From Anolis carolinensis (taxonomy: Eukaryota), in assembly GCF_035594765.1 (NCBI RefSeq), contig NW_026943825.1, positions 2,792,469 through 2,856,468 of the forward strand: a stretch of DNA of 64,000 bases, written 5' to 3'. How positions within the stretch are numbered: the stretch's first letter is position 1; every line of letters begins with the position of its first letter. Made by a program: the position numbers and the translations under genes. The notes beneath the pieces are model-generated. The model saw only the letters and a program-made list of their open reading frames with translations, was not told where the DNA came from and did not search any database. Below, in pieces: positions 63,686-64,000 of the stretch.

Positions 63686-64000
63686 AATTTTATTATAATA
63701 TTGAATATTATATAATATATTAGATAATATTAAATATAATATATATTATATTATATTTAATATTATATAATATTGAATATTATAATATTTTATGACATAT
63801 AATATAAATATATCACTTTTTAACTATTCTCAGGTCGCTTCTGACACAATAAATAAATAATATAATTTGGGGAAGTTGTAGTTTACCTACATCTAGAGAG
63901 CACTGTGAATTAGAATAGACAAGAATAAAACCCCAAATTACGCTATTTTTCTTTTCTCCTGCGTTTTAGATGTGGAGCGATATTCAGATAAATACCAAAT
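61107..64000 (+). CDS. POLR3GL: RNA polymerase III subunit RPC7-like; join(61107-61247,63434-63563,63970->64000), 3'-partial
   Basis: MAGRGGGGAGRGRGRGGHMTFSVEAIGIIGKGEALPPPTLQPSPLFP/PLEYKPLPLQTGEEVEYMLALKQELRGATKNLPYFIKPSAPKK/DVERYSDKYQ. GT-AG introns; synteny. Confidence 0.93.
62190..63120. repeat. ~207-bp tandem repeat, ~4.5 copies
   Basis: catgtacataacaacacagcacacatgc (last copy slightly diverged) at 62220, 62424, 62631, 62838, 63045. Confidence 0.9.
63434..63563 (+). CDS. POLR3GL: POLR3GL second coding exon
   Basis: PLEYKPLP...PSAPKK. Confidence 0.92.
63970..64000 (+). CDS. POLR3GL: POLR3GL third coding exon (partial)
   Basis: DVERYSDKYQ after ttttag. Confidence 0.88.
   Translation, partial: MWSDIQINTK

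Overview
Vertebrate (squamate, Anolis-like) genomic DNA, not prokaryotic. It has GC-rich exons in very AT-rich, repeat-saturated introns and is syntenic with human 1q21.1. Six protein-coding genes were reconstructed exon by exon from GT-AG boundaries. (1) A TLR1-subfamily Toll-like receptor most like fish/amphibian TLR14/TLR18 (minus strand, 2112->1, runs off the window inside the TIR domain and is missing from the ORF track). (2) PEX11B (minus, 4 exons). (3) LIX1L (plus, 6 exons), head-to-head with PEX11B. (4) RBM8A/Y14 (plus, 6 exons). (5) ANKRD34A (minus, single coding exon). (6) The 5' part of POLR3GL (plus). The rest is Tc1/mariner-type MITEs (about 18 copies or fragments of one ~320-bp family), non-autonomous Helitrons, hAT MITEs with 8-bp TSDs, Sauria SINEs, CR1/L2/R4-like LINE fragments, Penelope-like fragments carrying hammerhead ribozyme motifs, and many mini/microsatellites. 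Main points of interest: the TLR14/18-like receptor beside PEX11B; three different satellites (>100 units) upstream of it that share a ZNF143/THAP11-like ACTACAACTCCCA core; intronic Penelope hammerheads; a perfect 82-bp-arm palindrome next to a LIX1L donor; and a LIX1L-RBM8A block inverted relative to human with no GNRHR2. Gene and repeat-family names are from recognition, not database searches; copy numbers are approximate.
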